The notes under the pieces were generated by a model. That model had not been told where the DNA came from and did not search any database. It saw nothing but the letters and a program-made list of their open reading frames with translations. From contig NC_042998.1 of NCBI RefSeq assembly GCF_006345805.1, positions 62,806,001-62,870,000 on the forward strand: 64,000 nt of DNA, given 5' to 3'. Origin of the DNA: Octopus sinensis (taxonomy: Eukaryota). Below are positions 1 to 13,169 of this stretch, one piece after another; within the stretch, counting starts at the first letter, position 1; each line of letters begins with the position of its first letter. Made by a program: the position numbers and the translations under genes.

Positions 1-163
1 AGATAAGAGATTCTCCAAAGAATGTTCATATAAAAAGCAAGAAGTCTTATCATATTACACCGATTAGCGAAGCGGTATGTTAAAATGGCGAATGTTATCT
101 CTCCTTTATTTTTTATATAATTTCCTTCCTGTAAGTCTCTGTGGAAATTCCGGTGTATATATA

Positions 164-189
164 TATAATAAAATAAATATATATATATA

Positions 190-220
<31 letters not shown>

Positions 221-622
221 GTGTGTGGTGTGTGTGTGTGTGTGTGTGCGCGAGTGTGTGTGTGTAAATATGTGTATATGTCCATATGTCTGCATTTGTT
301 TTGTATATTTTTTCGGGTGATTGTTATTAAAAGTATAAAAATGTTCAATACATTTTATATGATAAGACGCATCAAATATCCTCAATATGCTTTTTTTTTC
401 TCAAAACACGCGCGTACAAGTATGCATATAGAGACATACATACATACTTGCAACACACACATATATAATATATATATAATATATATGTATATATTATATA
501 TATATATAATATATACACATCTATACATACATACACATATATACACTTATTACACTTATATACATACACACACACACACCACACACACATATATTATATA
601 TATATATATATATATAATATAG
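164..622. repeat. Compound (TA)n/(TG)n/(CA)n microsatellite block
   Basis: Directly visible dinucleotide runs; they account for the YIYI/HTHT/CVCV ORFs here. Confidence 0.95.
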
Positions 623-857
623 TGGAGTGACCTGTATGGGTAGCGCCACTGTTGAAGTGACAAGAGTTGGGATTGCTTGTCTTCATTGAACGATAATGGA
701 CGAAAATGACGACAATGCGGTCTTTCTCCTCATTCTCTTTCTGAAATCTTTGTTCTGTCTCACTTTATTCTTTTATTAAATTGTTTAATTTTAGAAAATG
801 CTGCATCTCCTAATTTGACACATGTTGTTACACACACACACAGACCGCAAGTTCTCC

Positions 858-1032
858 TATCACGGTTTATTATTTAAGCTTACGTTGATTCTTCCGTGGT
901 ATTGCTTTGCATTTATAATAAAATAAATATATACAAATATAGAGTACAATACCGTTTGTACTTCGCGGATTTTCAGCTATCGAGGGTGTTTTTGGAACGT
1001 AACGCACGCCGATAGTATTGGGATTACTGTAT
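858..1032. mobile_element. Short pogo/Tigger-like MITE, copy 1
   Basis: Ends in gccgatagtattgggattactgTA (reverse complement CAGTAATCCC..., a Tigger/pogo-like TIR with TA). Colinear with a second copy at 22386-22578. Confidence 0.55.
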
Positions 1033-1122
1033 ATATATTTAGATAGTAATTGCATGACAACAAAAGAATGAATGAGACCTCGATATTATGTAAATAGAGG
1101 AATTTATTTGGAATATAATATA

Positions 1123-1263
1123 TGACAATTATTCGGCTGCCATTATAAAACTCCGAGTTTCGGATGTCGGGGCAGAAATCTGTTCCGGCATCTCGTCTCG
1201 GAGCAGATTTCTGCCCCGACATCCAAAACTAGGTGTTTTATTATGGCAACCGAATAATTGTCA
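1123..1263. repeat. Fold-back (MITE-like) inverted repeat, 65-bp arms
   Basis: 1123-1187 and 1199-1263 are reverse complements at 59/65 positions, with an 11-nt loop. Confidence 0.9.
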
Positions 1264-1371
1264 CATATATTACATATATACATATAATATATGTATGTAT
1301 GTATTATGTAGGTATGTATGTATGTATGTAGTTATGTATGTATATATGTATGTAGGTATGTAGTATGTATG

Positions 1372-1435
<64 letters not shown>

Positions 1436-1914
1436 CAAAGTGAAGTTTTGTAAGGTGCCGCAGTGTAGAATTATATATGAAAGAAGGTTTGAAAATGCAA
1501 TTTTAAAAGATGTTTTTTACTTGACCGGTTTCACTTCTTTAGAAAACGATTGTCAAAAGTAACATGTAAAAGCTTTGTTGTGTTAGCTATTGGTTATCAC
1601 AAAATATTACAATACAAATAATAATAATGATGATCATAAGATAACATTGATGGGTACAGCCCATATACTACGGAAAGCACTCTACATCTAATATGGAATA
1701 AATGTGGTGATAATTTTAGCATGCATAGCAAAACAAATGAGCCTTTGCTACTCTTGGCCTCCGGAGAATGCCCCCTACTAAGGCAGCTGAAATAAAGTTA
1801 TAATGAAAAGAAACCATAAATAATAATATCAACAACAACAACAACAACAAGAACACCACCACCACCACCACCACAACAACAACAACAACATAATAATAAT
1901 AATAACAATGATAA

Positions 1915-1945
<31 letters not shown>

Positions 1946-2004
1946 ATATGTATTATATATATATATATTATATATATATATATAATTTATATATCTTTCT
2001 ATCC

Positions 2005-2042
<38 letters not shown>

Positions 2043-2069
2043 ATATCTATCTATCTATCTATCTATCTA

Positions 2070-2106
<37 letters not shown>

Positions 2107-2120
2107 ATATCTATCTATCT
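1915..2120. repeat. (TCTA)n/(TA)n/(TCTG)n microsatellite
   Basis: Visible tetranucleotide runs. Confidence 0.95.
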
Positions 2121-2928
2121 AACTATTCGGGCTTCTTTTAGCTTCTGACAAGCAAAATCCACTCAGGAGGTATTGTCCGGCTCTGGGCTACAGTGGAAGA
2201 TACTTGACCAAACTGCCACGCAGTGGGACTGAACCCGGTGTGGTTAAGAAGGAAACTGTTTTTGTTTTTTTTTATTACCTCACAGCTCGTATTACGCCAC
2301 ACATTCTGTACCTGCTTCTATCATCTTTGCTTTAACAATGCGTTTGCTGGTCGCTAACGCCGACGTCATTAGTTACAACAGCAACAACGACAGCGACTCA
2401 ATCGACAACACTTCAATGCATTGTGAAAACAAAGATGACAGAAGCAGATAGAATATGTTCTTAAGAACAAGTATCTCGAAGTAAAAGAGACTTTTGAGGT
2501 GTTGGATTATCGATTGATTTGTGAAGACTTGCTAGAATGTTCTTACATAACACGACATATTTAACAGGTTATCACTTGTGAGGCGTTTTGCGCAAAACTT
2601 CCAGTTTAATCCGACTTCTCAATATTCCCTGTGTACAATATAATTTAAACACAGCATTACGTAAACATTCCAGCACACTGTAACGCGCGTTATGTGTATA
2701 AAGCAAGAACAAACGATGCAATGATGATCGCTGGATAATACAGAATATATTTAAATATAGAGTAAAAGTTATTAGTTCAAGGGGTTGTAACATCGTACTA
2801 CTTAGGGATACGACTGACGTAGGTCGATAATAACTGTTGATCTCAGCACAAACGCAACGTAAGAGACATTCATACAGACACACACAAAAATGTAGCAAGT
2901 CTGTTTTAACCACTCATTATCGAAGTAT

Positions 2929-3310
2929 GTGGAGACGTAATGGCCCAGTGGTTAGGGCAGCGGGCTTGCGGTCGTAGGATCGCAGTTTCGATTCCCAGAC
3001 CGAGTGGTGTGAGTGTTTATTTTGCGAAAATACCTAAAGCTCCACGAGGCTTTCGCAGGGAGTGGTAGCGAACCCTGCTGTAGTCTTTCTCGACAACTTT
3101 CTCTCACTCTTTCTTCCTGTTTCTGTTTTACCAGTATTTCGAAGGGCCAGCCTTGACACACTCTGTGTCAGGCTGAATCTCCTTCGAGAACTACTTTTAG
3201 TGTACACGTGCTTGTGGAGTGCTCAGCCACTTGCATGTTAATTTCACGAGCTGGCTATTCCGTTGATCAGATCAAATGGAACCCTCGTCATCGTAACCGA
3301 CGGAGTGCAA
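2929..3310 (+). mobile_element. tRNA-derived SINE (family A: tRNA head plus gaatctccctgagaactac...ccctcgtcgtcgtaaccgacgg body)
   Basis: A-box-like tggcccagtgg and B-box-like gtttcgattccc. The body recurs at ~22585, 26833, 27318, 36860, 47230 and 52209. Confidence 0.85.
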
Positions 3311-3429
3311 CGAATGTATTTACATAGTATGTATATAAGTGTTTGTGCGATTGTATATACCTATATATATATGTACATACATATCTGTGTACGTGTGCGT
3401 GTGTGTGTATGTATATATGTGTATATATG

Positions 3430-3467
<38 letters not shown>

Positions 3468-3489
3468 TATGTGTATATTTCGTCTGTCT

Positions 3490-3622
3490 TTACGTTCAGT
3501 GTTCGATTGTGCCTTTTATGCTTTCGAGTTCAATAAATTAAGTACCAGTTGCGTACTGAGGTCGATCAAATCGACTGGCGCCCTCTCCCAAAATTTTAGG
3601 CTTCGTGCCTAGAGTTGAAAGG
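3490..3622 (+). mobile_element. SINE fragment (family C: gagttcaaattcc...gataaattaagtaccag core)
   Basis: aaattaagtaccagttgcgtactgaggtcgat core and ...cccaaaattttaggc tail are shared with copies at 13822, 46722 and 54960-56125. Confidence 0.7.
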
Positions 3623-3624
3623 AA

Positions 3625-3654
3625 TATATATATATATGTATATCTATCTATCTA

Positions 3655-3733
<79 letters not shown>

Positions 3734-3766
3734 ATTTATGTGTACATACATACATACATACATACA

Positions 3767-3798
<32 letters not shown>

Positions 3799-3930
3799 CA
3801 TACATACATACATATGTCTAGATATGCAACTATATGCCTGAAGATACATACATAAAACATACAAATCTGCACATACATACATACATGCATACATACATAC
3901 ATACATACATACATACATACATACATGCAT
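3625..3930. repeat. (TCTA)n and (TACA)n microsatellites
   Basis: Visible tandem runs. Confidence 0.95.
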
Positions 3931-4194
3931 TCCAAAATATTCTGTTGTTGATGTTAAAATTCCAACGGAATCTTGGAACTAGGTTAGAAACCGGTTCTTT
4001 CTTTATTTGCAAGAAATCTTCTAATAAATTGAATAATGCCAGACATACATATATACAAAGATATATACATATATGTATGTGTGCGTGCATGTGTGTGTGT
4101 GTGTATGTGTGTGTGTGTGTGTGCGTGTGTGTGTGTAATGAAGGTGCAAAACTAAGAAAACCACAAAAGGGACATATGAATACATTATCGAGTC

Positions 4195-4510
4195 AGACAA
4201 CTGAAATATGTTTCTCAGTCCCACTGCGTGACACCTTGGGCAGGTGTCCTCGACGAAATCCTTGTGAGTGGATTAGTGAATTTGGTAGACGGTAACTGAA
4301 AGAAGCCTATCTGTGTTTGACATCGCAACATCGCTTGACAACACACGCTGGTGAGTTTACATTCCGTAACTTGGCGGCTCGACAAAAGAGACCGATAAAA
4401 TAAGTACTAGGCTTACAAAGAATAAGTCCTGGGGTCGATTTGTTCGCCTAAATGTGGTGCTCCAGCATGGTTGCTAACAAATGACTGAAACAAGCAAAGG
4501 AATAAACGAA
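4195..4510 (+). mobile_element. SINE (family B: ...ggtagacggaaactgaaagaagcc...aagtactaggcttacaaagaataagtcctggggtcgat...ggtgctccagcatgg tail)
   Basis: The same motifs recur at ~2125, 5045, 6920, 15360, 19320, 24960, 33180, 35210, 41420, 44270, 45415 and 58560. Confidence 0.8.
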
Positions 4511-5144
4511 TAGCAACGGAATAACAAGAGAATCTATTTTTTAGGGTGCTTATCTTTGTCGCAGAGAAGAAAATGGAACAAGTGAAGCAACAGAAAAATA
4601 TATATTTTGGTGTGTATTTACATGATATATTCTAGTGACAGGCTGTTGGGGAGGAGGGCAGACGTGCCGGAACTACAGGAATAATCTTGTTGATAAAGAA
4701 GAGAGTAAGGAGAGAGTTATGTAGAGAGCGCGAGAATGAGGAAAAAATGATAAAAAATGCGGTGGAAGAAAAGAAGCGAAAGCGAGAAAGATGGAGGAGA
4801 GGAATGGAAGGAGAAGAGAACTAGAGACAGAATGCATGGGAACGAGGAGGGGGTGGTGATTATCTCAAGATTCTGATGTCTTTGAGTGCATCACTAGCGA
4901 AGTTTAAATTGGCAATGGTTTCATTTGTGTAGGTGTTTAATGATGTCTAATGCTCCAATGCGCGTCAAAGGATATCAAGTTCATGCATTTTGGTGCTATA
5001 GATTAATTCTTCCTATGTATTGCATCCACCTAAGAATATAAATGCACTTATATTCTTTTATTCTTTTATTTGTTTCAGTCATTTGTCTGCGGCCATGCTG
5101 GAGCACCGCCTTTTGTCGAACAAATCGACCCCAGAACTTTTTCT

Positions 5145-5219
5145 TGGCGTAGTGATTAAGAGAGTGGGCTACTAAACCCAAGATTCCGAGTTCAATTCCA
5201 GGCAGTGACCTGAAAAAAA

Positions 5220-5274
<55 letters not shown>

Positions 5275-5418
5275 TCGAAAATTACCTTAGGAATGAGGAC
5301 CCAGGTTCGAAATTTCCTCAAGACACCTGATGAAGGCTGGAGGGTGTATCAGCCGAAACGTTGTGTTAACAACAAACAAAATGCGGACAAATATCCGTCA
5401 AATGTAAATAATGTAAAT
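5145..5418 (+). mobile_element. tRNA-headed SINE-like element with (TAA)n linker and hammerhead-bearing tail
   Basis: A-box-like tggcgtagtga (5145-5155), B-box gttcaattc (5180-5188), (TAA)n at ~5222-5271 and a hammerhead motif at 5323-5366. Confidence 0.75.
5323..5366 (+). ncRNA. Minimal type I hammerhead ribozyme motif (PLE type)
   Basis: ACAC-CTGATGA-a-GGCTG(10-nt loop)CAGCC-GAAA-CGT-T-GTGT. Stem I is ACAC/GTGT, stem II is 5 bp and stem III is the palindrome ACGT. Confidence 0.75.
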
Positions 5419-5679
5419 TATTCTTTGTAAGTCTAGTACTTATTGTATATGTTACCGAACCGCTAAGTTACGGGGACGTAAACACACCAAAGTCTATTGT
5501 CAACCGATGGTGGGGGACAAACACGGACACACAAACACATACACACACACTCACACACATACAGAAACACATATATAAGACAGTCTTCTTTCAGTTTCGG
5601 TCTACCAAATCCACTCACAAGACTTTGGTCGGCCCGAGGCTAAAGTAGAAGACACTTACCCAAGGTGCCAGGCAGTGGG

Positions 5680-5842
<163 letters not shown>

Positions 5843-6432
5843 AAGCACGTGTGTGTGATTGTTAGAAGTGGTGTACATATTCTACTTATTAAGAACAAGA
5901 AGGTAGTCAGTGTTTGGATAAAAGCTATTGTTTTAACGCTATTATCCCTTTCAGAAATCCACCATGAATGGTTTGTTTATAAAAAATTCGCAACTTTTAT
6001 ATACATGCGAGTTAGCTGAAAAACTCTGGAGTTATAAGAACATTACCAATGTTAAAAATCCTTAATCCTTATCAATAATCCTTTTTCCAAAACCCAGGAA
6101 AGGAAATTCACCTCCAGATTTCTTTTTTTTTTACGTCGACACACACACAGGTATAAACCCAACCACACACAGGTACATATCCACATACTCACACACTTAC
6201 ATACTCACACACCCACACATATCGATAGATAAATTATGATGCAAATGAACAAACTCACTTGGGCTTGATGTATATATCTTTTATCTTTTACTGTTTTCAG
6301 CCCAAGCCTTAGGTCATGCTGATGCACCACCTTTGAAAGTATCTTTATATATATATATATATATACATATATACATACATACATGTGAGTGATTTGATAC
6401 GCAGAAACTGAAAGAAACCCGTGGTATATATA

Positions 6433-6466
<34 letters not shown>

Positions 6467-6467
6467 G

Positions 6468-6543
<76 letters not shown>

Positions 6544-6627
6544 ATATATTATATATCTATATATATATATATATATATACATATATAATATATATAAAAC
6601 ATATATATATATGCCTATATATAATAT

Positions 6628-6658
<31 letters not shown>

Positions 6659-6669
6659 TTTTACACTAT

Positions 6670-6850
6670 ATAACGGGAAGGTTTACGAAAATAAACAAAA
6701 GACGAAGGCAGGTGGAGTACAAACAAACATTGTATTAGTATAGCGCTCAGGATAGAAATAGAAAAAGTCTTTTAGGTTTCGAGCCTACGCTCTTCGACAG
6801 AAAGATACACAGAAAAAAACAAGGAGAGAAAAAAAAGGAGAGGAAAAAAA
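6670..6850 (-). mobile_element. PLE-like terminal-repeat fragment with variant hammerhead-like motif
   Basis: Minus strand reads tcttt-CTGTCGA-a-GAGCgtagGCTC-GAAA-CCT-A-AAAGA (6768-6805). Homologous to 25550-25740. Confidence 0.65.
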
Positions 6851-7318
6851 GGAGAGAAAAAAGTGCGTGTAGGAGCTAACGATATACATATATATGTGTG
6901 TGTGTGTGTGTATACATATATGTGTGTGCTTTTGTGTCTTTGTTTCTGTATTTCTGTTTGTCCCCGCCATCACCACCCGCTTGGAAACCGGTGTTGGTGT
7001 GCTTACCGTAACTTAGCGGTAAGGTCGACGGGGCCGATAGAATAAGTAGCAGGCATATAAAAGTAAATGCTGGTGTCGATTTGTTCGATTGAATTCCCTT
7101 CAATTCGGTGCCCCAGCGTGGCTCCACTCTAATAATGGAAACAAGTAACAAAAAGATTAAGGAAAATAATGTTATGTATAACTCTATGCTTGTAATTATT
7201 TATATACAAGATATCAAACGTGGTGTATCCTACATAAATTATGTTTCTGTACTGTATATCACCACAGGTAATACTCTGCATGATCTCTAAGATTATTAAT
7301 CAATCGTTATATACATGC

Positions 7319-7349
<31 letters not shown>

Positions 7350-7674
7350 AATACACATACGCACACATGCACATGTACATACACACACACACAAATATAT
7401 ACATATATACCCCATAACTATAAATAAAGAGAGAGCGAGACTTTGATGAGGCAGAATACAAATGTATGTTATTCAGTGCTCTGAATAAATAAAATAAACG
7501 AAAGTAAAATAATTTATTTTATTTTAAATTTAAGTTATTTTGTTTTACTTCAAAATAACTGTTTTGTCTGTTAATAAATTTAAACAATAGAAAATTGAAA
7601 TTATTGCATCTTTATTTTTTGGTTGGATCTGAAATCGTATAAAGTCTGTTTCCTGGAATTTTACAAAAAAAAAA

Positions 7675-7716
<42 letters not shown>

Positions 7717-9243
7717 ATATATATATAATATATATAAAATATAATAATAATAATAATAATAAATAAATAATATAATATATATAGTAAAAATGGAAAGAAA
7801 TGAGTAAAATAAACTTGAATGCTTGAAAGTGAAGAACAATGAAAATCTTAAGACATTTTATATTCCGCTTGCATAGTTGTATGTGTAGGAGTACAACCAA
7901 GTGATGTTAGATGTTATTCTTTTTCTACACTGAAGGGCAGATGTTACTGTCACACAGTTTCGTACGACAGAATATTACACACGAAATACGGGAATTGTTT
8001 ACACGCTTAGCTATGGTGTGCATACATACACACATACATACATGCATACATAGAAGGATACATACTTACATACATGCAGGGATACATACATATATGCGTG
8101 CATGCTTACGTTCATATATGCATTCATACATGCATGCATACATACATGCATACATATAAGATTGAATACGTACATACATACGTGCACATACATAGATGCA
8201 CATACATACATTGAGGGACACATAAATACATATATGCATGTTTACGTAAATATATGCATGCATACATGGAAAAATTCACACATGCATACATATATGATTG
8301 CATACGTACATACATATACATACATATATATATACATATATATATATATGCATACATGCACATACATACATACACATACATACATATATACATGCAGGGA
8401 TGCATACACATACATATATATATACATACATACACTCACACACACACACACACACACATTCACACACACGCATCAGGTCACATCGAATAATCGAACATCA
8501 AAAATAATAATAACAAAGCAAGAAGACGTACACATAGACTGAATCAGTTAGACGCTCGGTAAAGGTGGGAAAAGTGTGGGTCTTTGATGTTTCGAGCATT
8601 AGCTCATCGTCTCGATGGGGAACGGAAAAATCCAGAGACTGAATCATATCACCAATAGTAGGTGTGTATATGTATCTTCGTGTGTGCGTATGAAGGTGTA
8701 GGAATGTATGTGTGTGTTTGTGTATGTGCGTATGAGTTTGAAGTTATATGTATGTACATGTGTGCGCGTGGTTGTGCGTGTGTGTACGTGCGTGTACATA
8801 TATATGTGTATGCATGTATGTATGTATGTATATATATATATATACATATATATATATAGGGTAAATTTTGGTATTAATTCTGCTCCTATCACTATTGACA
8901 ATTTTTTTATAAGTCCATTGAGTATTTGCAGCAGCACCGCCTGAATAGAGACTGAATTCTATTCATTGGTCACGGGAGATTCTGCTGTTATATCACTGCT
9001 GGACATCTAACACTGAGGAATCCATCGCAGAGTGAAATCCCGTGACTTGACAGTTCCGGCGTCCGTAGCAGACGATTATCCTGTGTCAACGATATAATGA
9101 CGAACGATTTTAAGCATCACGTTTCATTATGAAAGTTCCTCTCAGGGTAAATAATGCTGTATTCTATGTTCTGATACAACCTACATATTGAGTTGGTCAT
9201 GAAGGTTTCCTTTTCGTATAAAAACTACTTCTGTCGCTGTTAA

Positions 9244-9331
<88 letters not shown>

Positions 9332-9439
9332 AACACACACGCAGACATGTATGCTTATATATATGTATATATGTACATACATACATACATACATACATAC
9401 ATACATACATGTTGTTTGTTCCTGCTCAAGCCATGCCTG

Positions 9440-9948
9440 GCTCATAAGGGGCAGTTTCCCAGTTTCATTGTCGTATTGGCTCCTCACCTGGATGGGTCGC
9501 CTGGTGAGCTGTTAGATGCAGGAGGAAAGAGAGAGAGAAAGTTGTGGTGACATAGTCAGCAAACGTTCGCCATTACCTTCTGCTGGTGCCGCGTAGGGCA
9601 TAGGTGTTTTGCTCATAAACACATATCGCCCAGTCTGAGATTCGAACCGTCGATCCTTCGACCGCGAGTCCGCAGCTCTAAACACTAGGCTATGTGCAAT
9701 GTTGTTTATGGAAGGCCAGCAGTTGCCCATGGTTACCAGCCTCCCCTCTGCAAAGCACTGATGTTATCCAAGGGAAACGCAAAGGCTGATACAGCTTGGC
9801 ATCAGTGATTCGCAACTCATTTCTACTGCTGGAGCATCGTGAAATAAAGTGTCTTGCTCAAGAACGCAACACGCAGCCCAGTCCGGGAATCGAACTCACA
9901 ACCTCATGATCGTAGACTCGAAGCTCCAACCATTGAGCCATGCGCCTT
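9440..9948 (-). mobile_element. Two head-to-tail tRNA-derived SINEs
   Basis: B-box-like gattcgaacc (~9640) and gaatcgaactc (~9890) with tRNA-like heads ending at ~9697 and ~9948. Bodies are shared with 29305-29580 and 12050-12428. Confidence 0.75.
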
Positions 9949-9960
9949 CATATATATATT

Positions 9961-10655
9961 TATTGGGTTGGCAACTAAGTTCTTGCCGTTTTATGAGATT
10001 TTAATTTTTTAAAAGGTTTAATAAAAAATAACAGCTTATTAATCAATAATGTATTCACCCTTGTTGTTTATAACTTATTCCCAACGTTGAACAAGATTTT
10101 CAATACCTCGTCGGTAGAAATCCCCGGATTTCGACTCGAAAAATTGATCGAACCAAGCTCTCAATTCTGCACCAGTATTGAACGAAACTTTACGCATAGT
10201 ACTTGAAAGAGATCGAAAGAGGTGGGAATCCGATGGTGCCAAATCAGGAGAGTACGGCAGGTGTAGCAGAACTTCCCAGCTATGTGTTTGAATGGCTTCC
10301 TTGGTCATATTGGTGATATGAAGGCGGGCGTTGTCGTGCAGCGAAAGAACTCCATGCCGACCATTAGGTCTTTTCTCTTGAATAGTCGTGTTGAGTCGTT
10401 CCATCTGTTGAACATAGACTTTCGCGTTGACCGTTTGGTTCCGTTCAAGCAATTCGTAATGGATAATCCCTTCCCAGTCTCACCATACGCACAACATCGG
10501 TTTACGCGCGGTGTCGCTTGTTTACCGGGGCTAAGCCATTCCTTACACTGCTTCATATTGATGTACATGCACCATTTTTCGTCCCCAGTAATGATTCGGT
10601 AAAGAAATCGTTGCTTGTGTCCATGATTTACACCTTTTCCGGTCTCTTTCAAATG
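9961..10655 (-). mobile_element. 5'-truncated mariner (DD34D) transposon, frameshifted transposase
   Basis: ORFs contain ITGDEKW, HDNA and PYSPDLAPSD. TIR tattgggttggcaactaagttcttgccgtttt at 9961; no matching second TIR seen. Confidence 0.92.
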
Positions 10656-11556
10656 CTATGCGCGGAGTTTTGTTCAATATACAGTATGTGTTATACAAAG
10701 CTTAAGAAGACCAGCGATTTAAAAAAAATTCTCTGCATGCTAGTCTGTCCTGGGTTATAATAATTATTGTCAAGCTGTGTGGAACGTAGGAATGGAAGGT
10801 GGAACTGTTTAATTAAGTCGAAACTTTTTGACGTGTCGTGTCATCTAGCACCTCTTTTTTTACTTCATACACACACACACACACATACACACACCACAGA
10901 TACACACCCGCACGCATCTGCATGCATAACGATTTGTACTGAATGGTTCCCAAGTTGTCGTTCATGAAAATAGTTTAATCTTTCTTAATGTCTCCGAAAG
11001 AATACGTTCCAAGACAGTAAATTCCAGTAACGATTTTAGTCTTTAGGATCAACACTAAGTGCTGCGATATATTTCAATAAATGCATAATATATTTAATAA
11101 CTGGCCTCACTAAAACATATTCTGAATACAATGAAATAGATAAGAAAGAAACGAAGAAACACAATAGACTATTATAAAGCTATATTATTAAAGCGACTCA
11201 ATTTTACTGTACAATCCAATTATTAAAACGATTTAATTTTCTTATACAATAGGTATTATCCGTTAAAATCTTCATTTTATTGCGATACAATCTGATAGAA
11301 TGGAGGCTATACAGACGCTGAAATTAGTATACCGAAGTCACCAATTACGCTGAAGATAAGCTAATTTAACCTTTTGTTGTATTTAATCGATTTGAGCCAA
11401 TCATGATTTTTAAAATTTAGCGTGTTTTAACATGTGAAGTTGAAGAATTTCTCCAAAATGTTCCACGTTCGTTATGTACATTTTGATGTCTTTCAACGTT
11501 TCTTATTTTAGTATTTCACACCAAACGCTACAGTAAACCGATGCCATATATTAATA

Positions 11557-11607
<51 letters not shown>

Positions 11608-12049
11608 GTGTGTGTGTATGTGTGTGTGTTTTATGTATAAATATACGTATGTGTATGTATTTGTGTGTAGGTATGTATATGAATATATATACGCACACAG
11701 ATATATATGTATATGTCTATATGTATGTGTATATGTATATATGTGGTCTAGCTTCGGCCTATCGCTAGATACTGGCTGAAGAGTCTCGGGAACTGGTGTT
11801 GCACAAGCGTTTATTACTTAATCCGATGACGTACAAATGGCTCTTTATTGACGCTATATTTGTTATCACATCTGCCGAAAGCGACGTCTGCAGACCTAAG
11901 CAGTGAGTATGCATAACTACAAGACAAAAACGTTTGAAACTTTGATGAACTAATTAACTCACAGTGACCTTGCCGAATCAGCAGAAGTTACAGCTTTTGT
12001 CGGACATTTATACGTTTTCTCTTTCGCAAACGCAGTGATCATGCATTTT

Positions 12050-12428
12050 CCAGGCCAACTATCGGAGACCCCTTCAGTTATGAATGACCATGGGATTGCA
12101 TCTAGAAAGTTACCCTCGGTGGCACAAATACAAACAAGGTTGTTTATGGAAGGCCAGCAGTCGCCCATGCATAGCAGCCTCCCCTCTCCACGCCGCCACT
12201 GATGTTTTCCAAGGGAAAGGCAAAAGCCGATACATCTTGGAACCTGTGACGTCGCAACTCATTTCTACAGCTGAGTGAACTGGAGCAACGTGAAATAAAG
12301 TGTATTGCTTGAGCAAAAGGGCAAAAGCTAGCTGGATCTCGACTTTCACTCCGCCGCCCGGTCCGGGATTCGAACTCCCAATCATACGGTCATAAGTTCG
12401 ACGCTCTAACCACTGATCCATATGCCAA
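12050..12428 (-). mobile_element. tRNA-derived SINE
   Basis: B-box-like gggattcgaactccc plus cttg...aaataaagtg core. The tail also occurs at 9700-9800 and 31925-32030. Confidence 0.75.
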
Positions 12429-12569
12429 ATATATCCCAAATATATTTGAATTAATCAGCGAGAGTAGTAGTTGCAGTCCCAGTAAAATAGCACCAAGGAA
12501 ACAGTTATCACCTTGTTTAGGCGTGAACTGTGTACAGCAGAAATGAGGTGATATGCTTAGGAACCGGAG

Positions 12570-13169
12570 GAACTGTATGTATAAAAGGTATGTGTATGCG
12601 CGTGTGTGTGTGTGTGCGTGTGTTTGCGTGTGTGTGTACGCGAATGTAATTTATGCACGTCCACAATTTAGCACGCATGTCGCTCCAATTTTTGGAGGAC
12701 ATTCGTTATGACCTTAGCTGTATTTTCGTCAACTTATTTTCCCCAGAGGCACCAGCGAATAGCAGTAAAAGTAAATTTTCAACCAAAACGTTTAACAATT
12801 TTCGAGTCAGAGAAATCACCATTGTTTGCAAACAAGAATCAAGTTCCCTTCTAACGACGAGTAAAGTTTTGTTAAGACTTTTGCTGTTTCTTTTTCATCG
12901 AGGAAAAAATGTTTTGTTGATATACCGGCAACACACACACGAACATATATGCGTACAAAAACATGTATGCAATAGGTGTACGTATGTACGTGTGTGTATG
13001 TTTGTGTGTGTGTGTGTGTGTGTGTATTGCCCATATATATATATATACGAATTTCAACGGATTTTGCCCAAATGTGACGTCGATGTTACTTAGTTTGGTT
13101 TGAAATGAATAACTTGATTAGCTTAATAATCCTGACTTAATCCCGGACAAAACCGGGTTATACTGCTAG
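12570..13169 (+). mobile_element. Probable non-autonomous Helitron
   Basis: 3' hairpin cccgg-acaaaa-ccggg (13142-13157), 8 nt, then CTAG followed by T (13166-13170), which is the canonical Helitron 3' end. Internal GT microsatellite; the 5' boundary is a guess. Confidence 0.6.

Noticed and set aside
2929-3005. tRNA-like sequences here and at other SINE heads as tRNA genes
   Set aside because: They have A/B boxes but run into SINE bodies, and I could not fold complete cloverleaves.
8581-8615. Hammerhead-like remnant (minus strand GAGCtaatGCTC-GAAACATC-AAAGA)
   Set aside because: The CUGANGA core is destroyed and stem III is mutated; at most a fossil of a related family.
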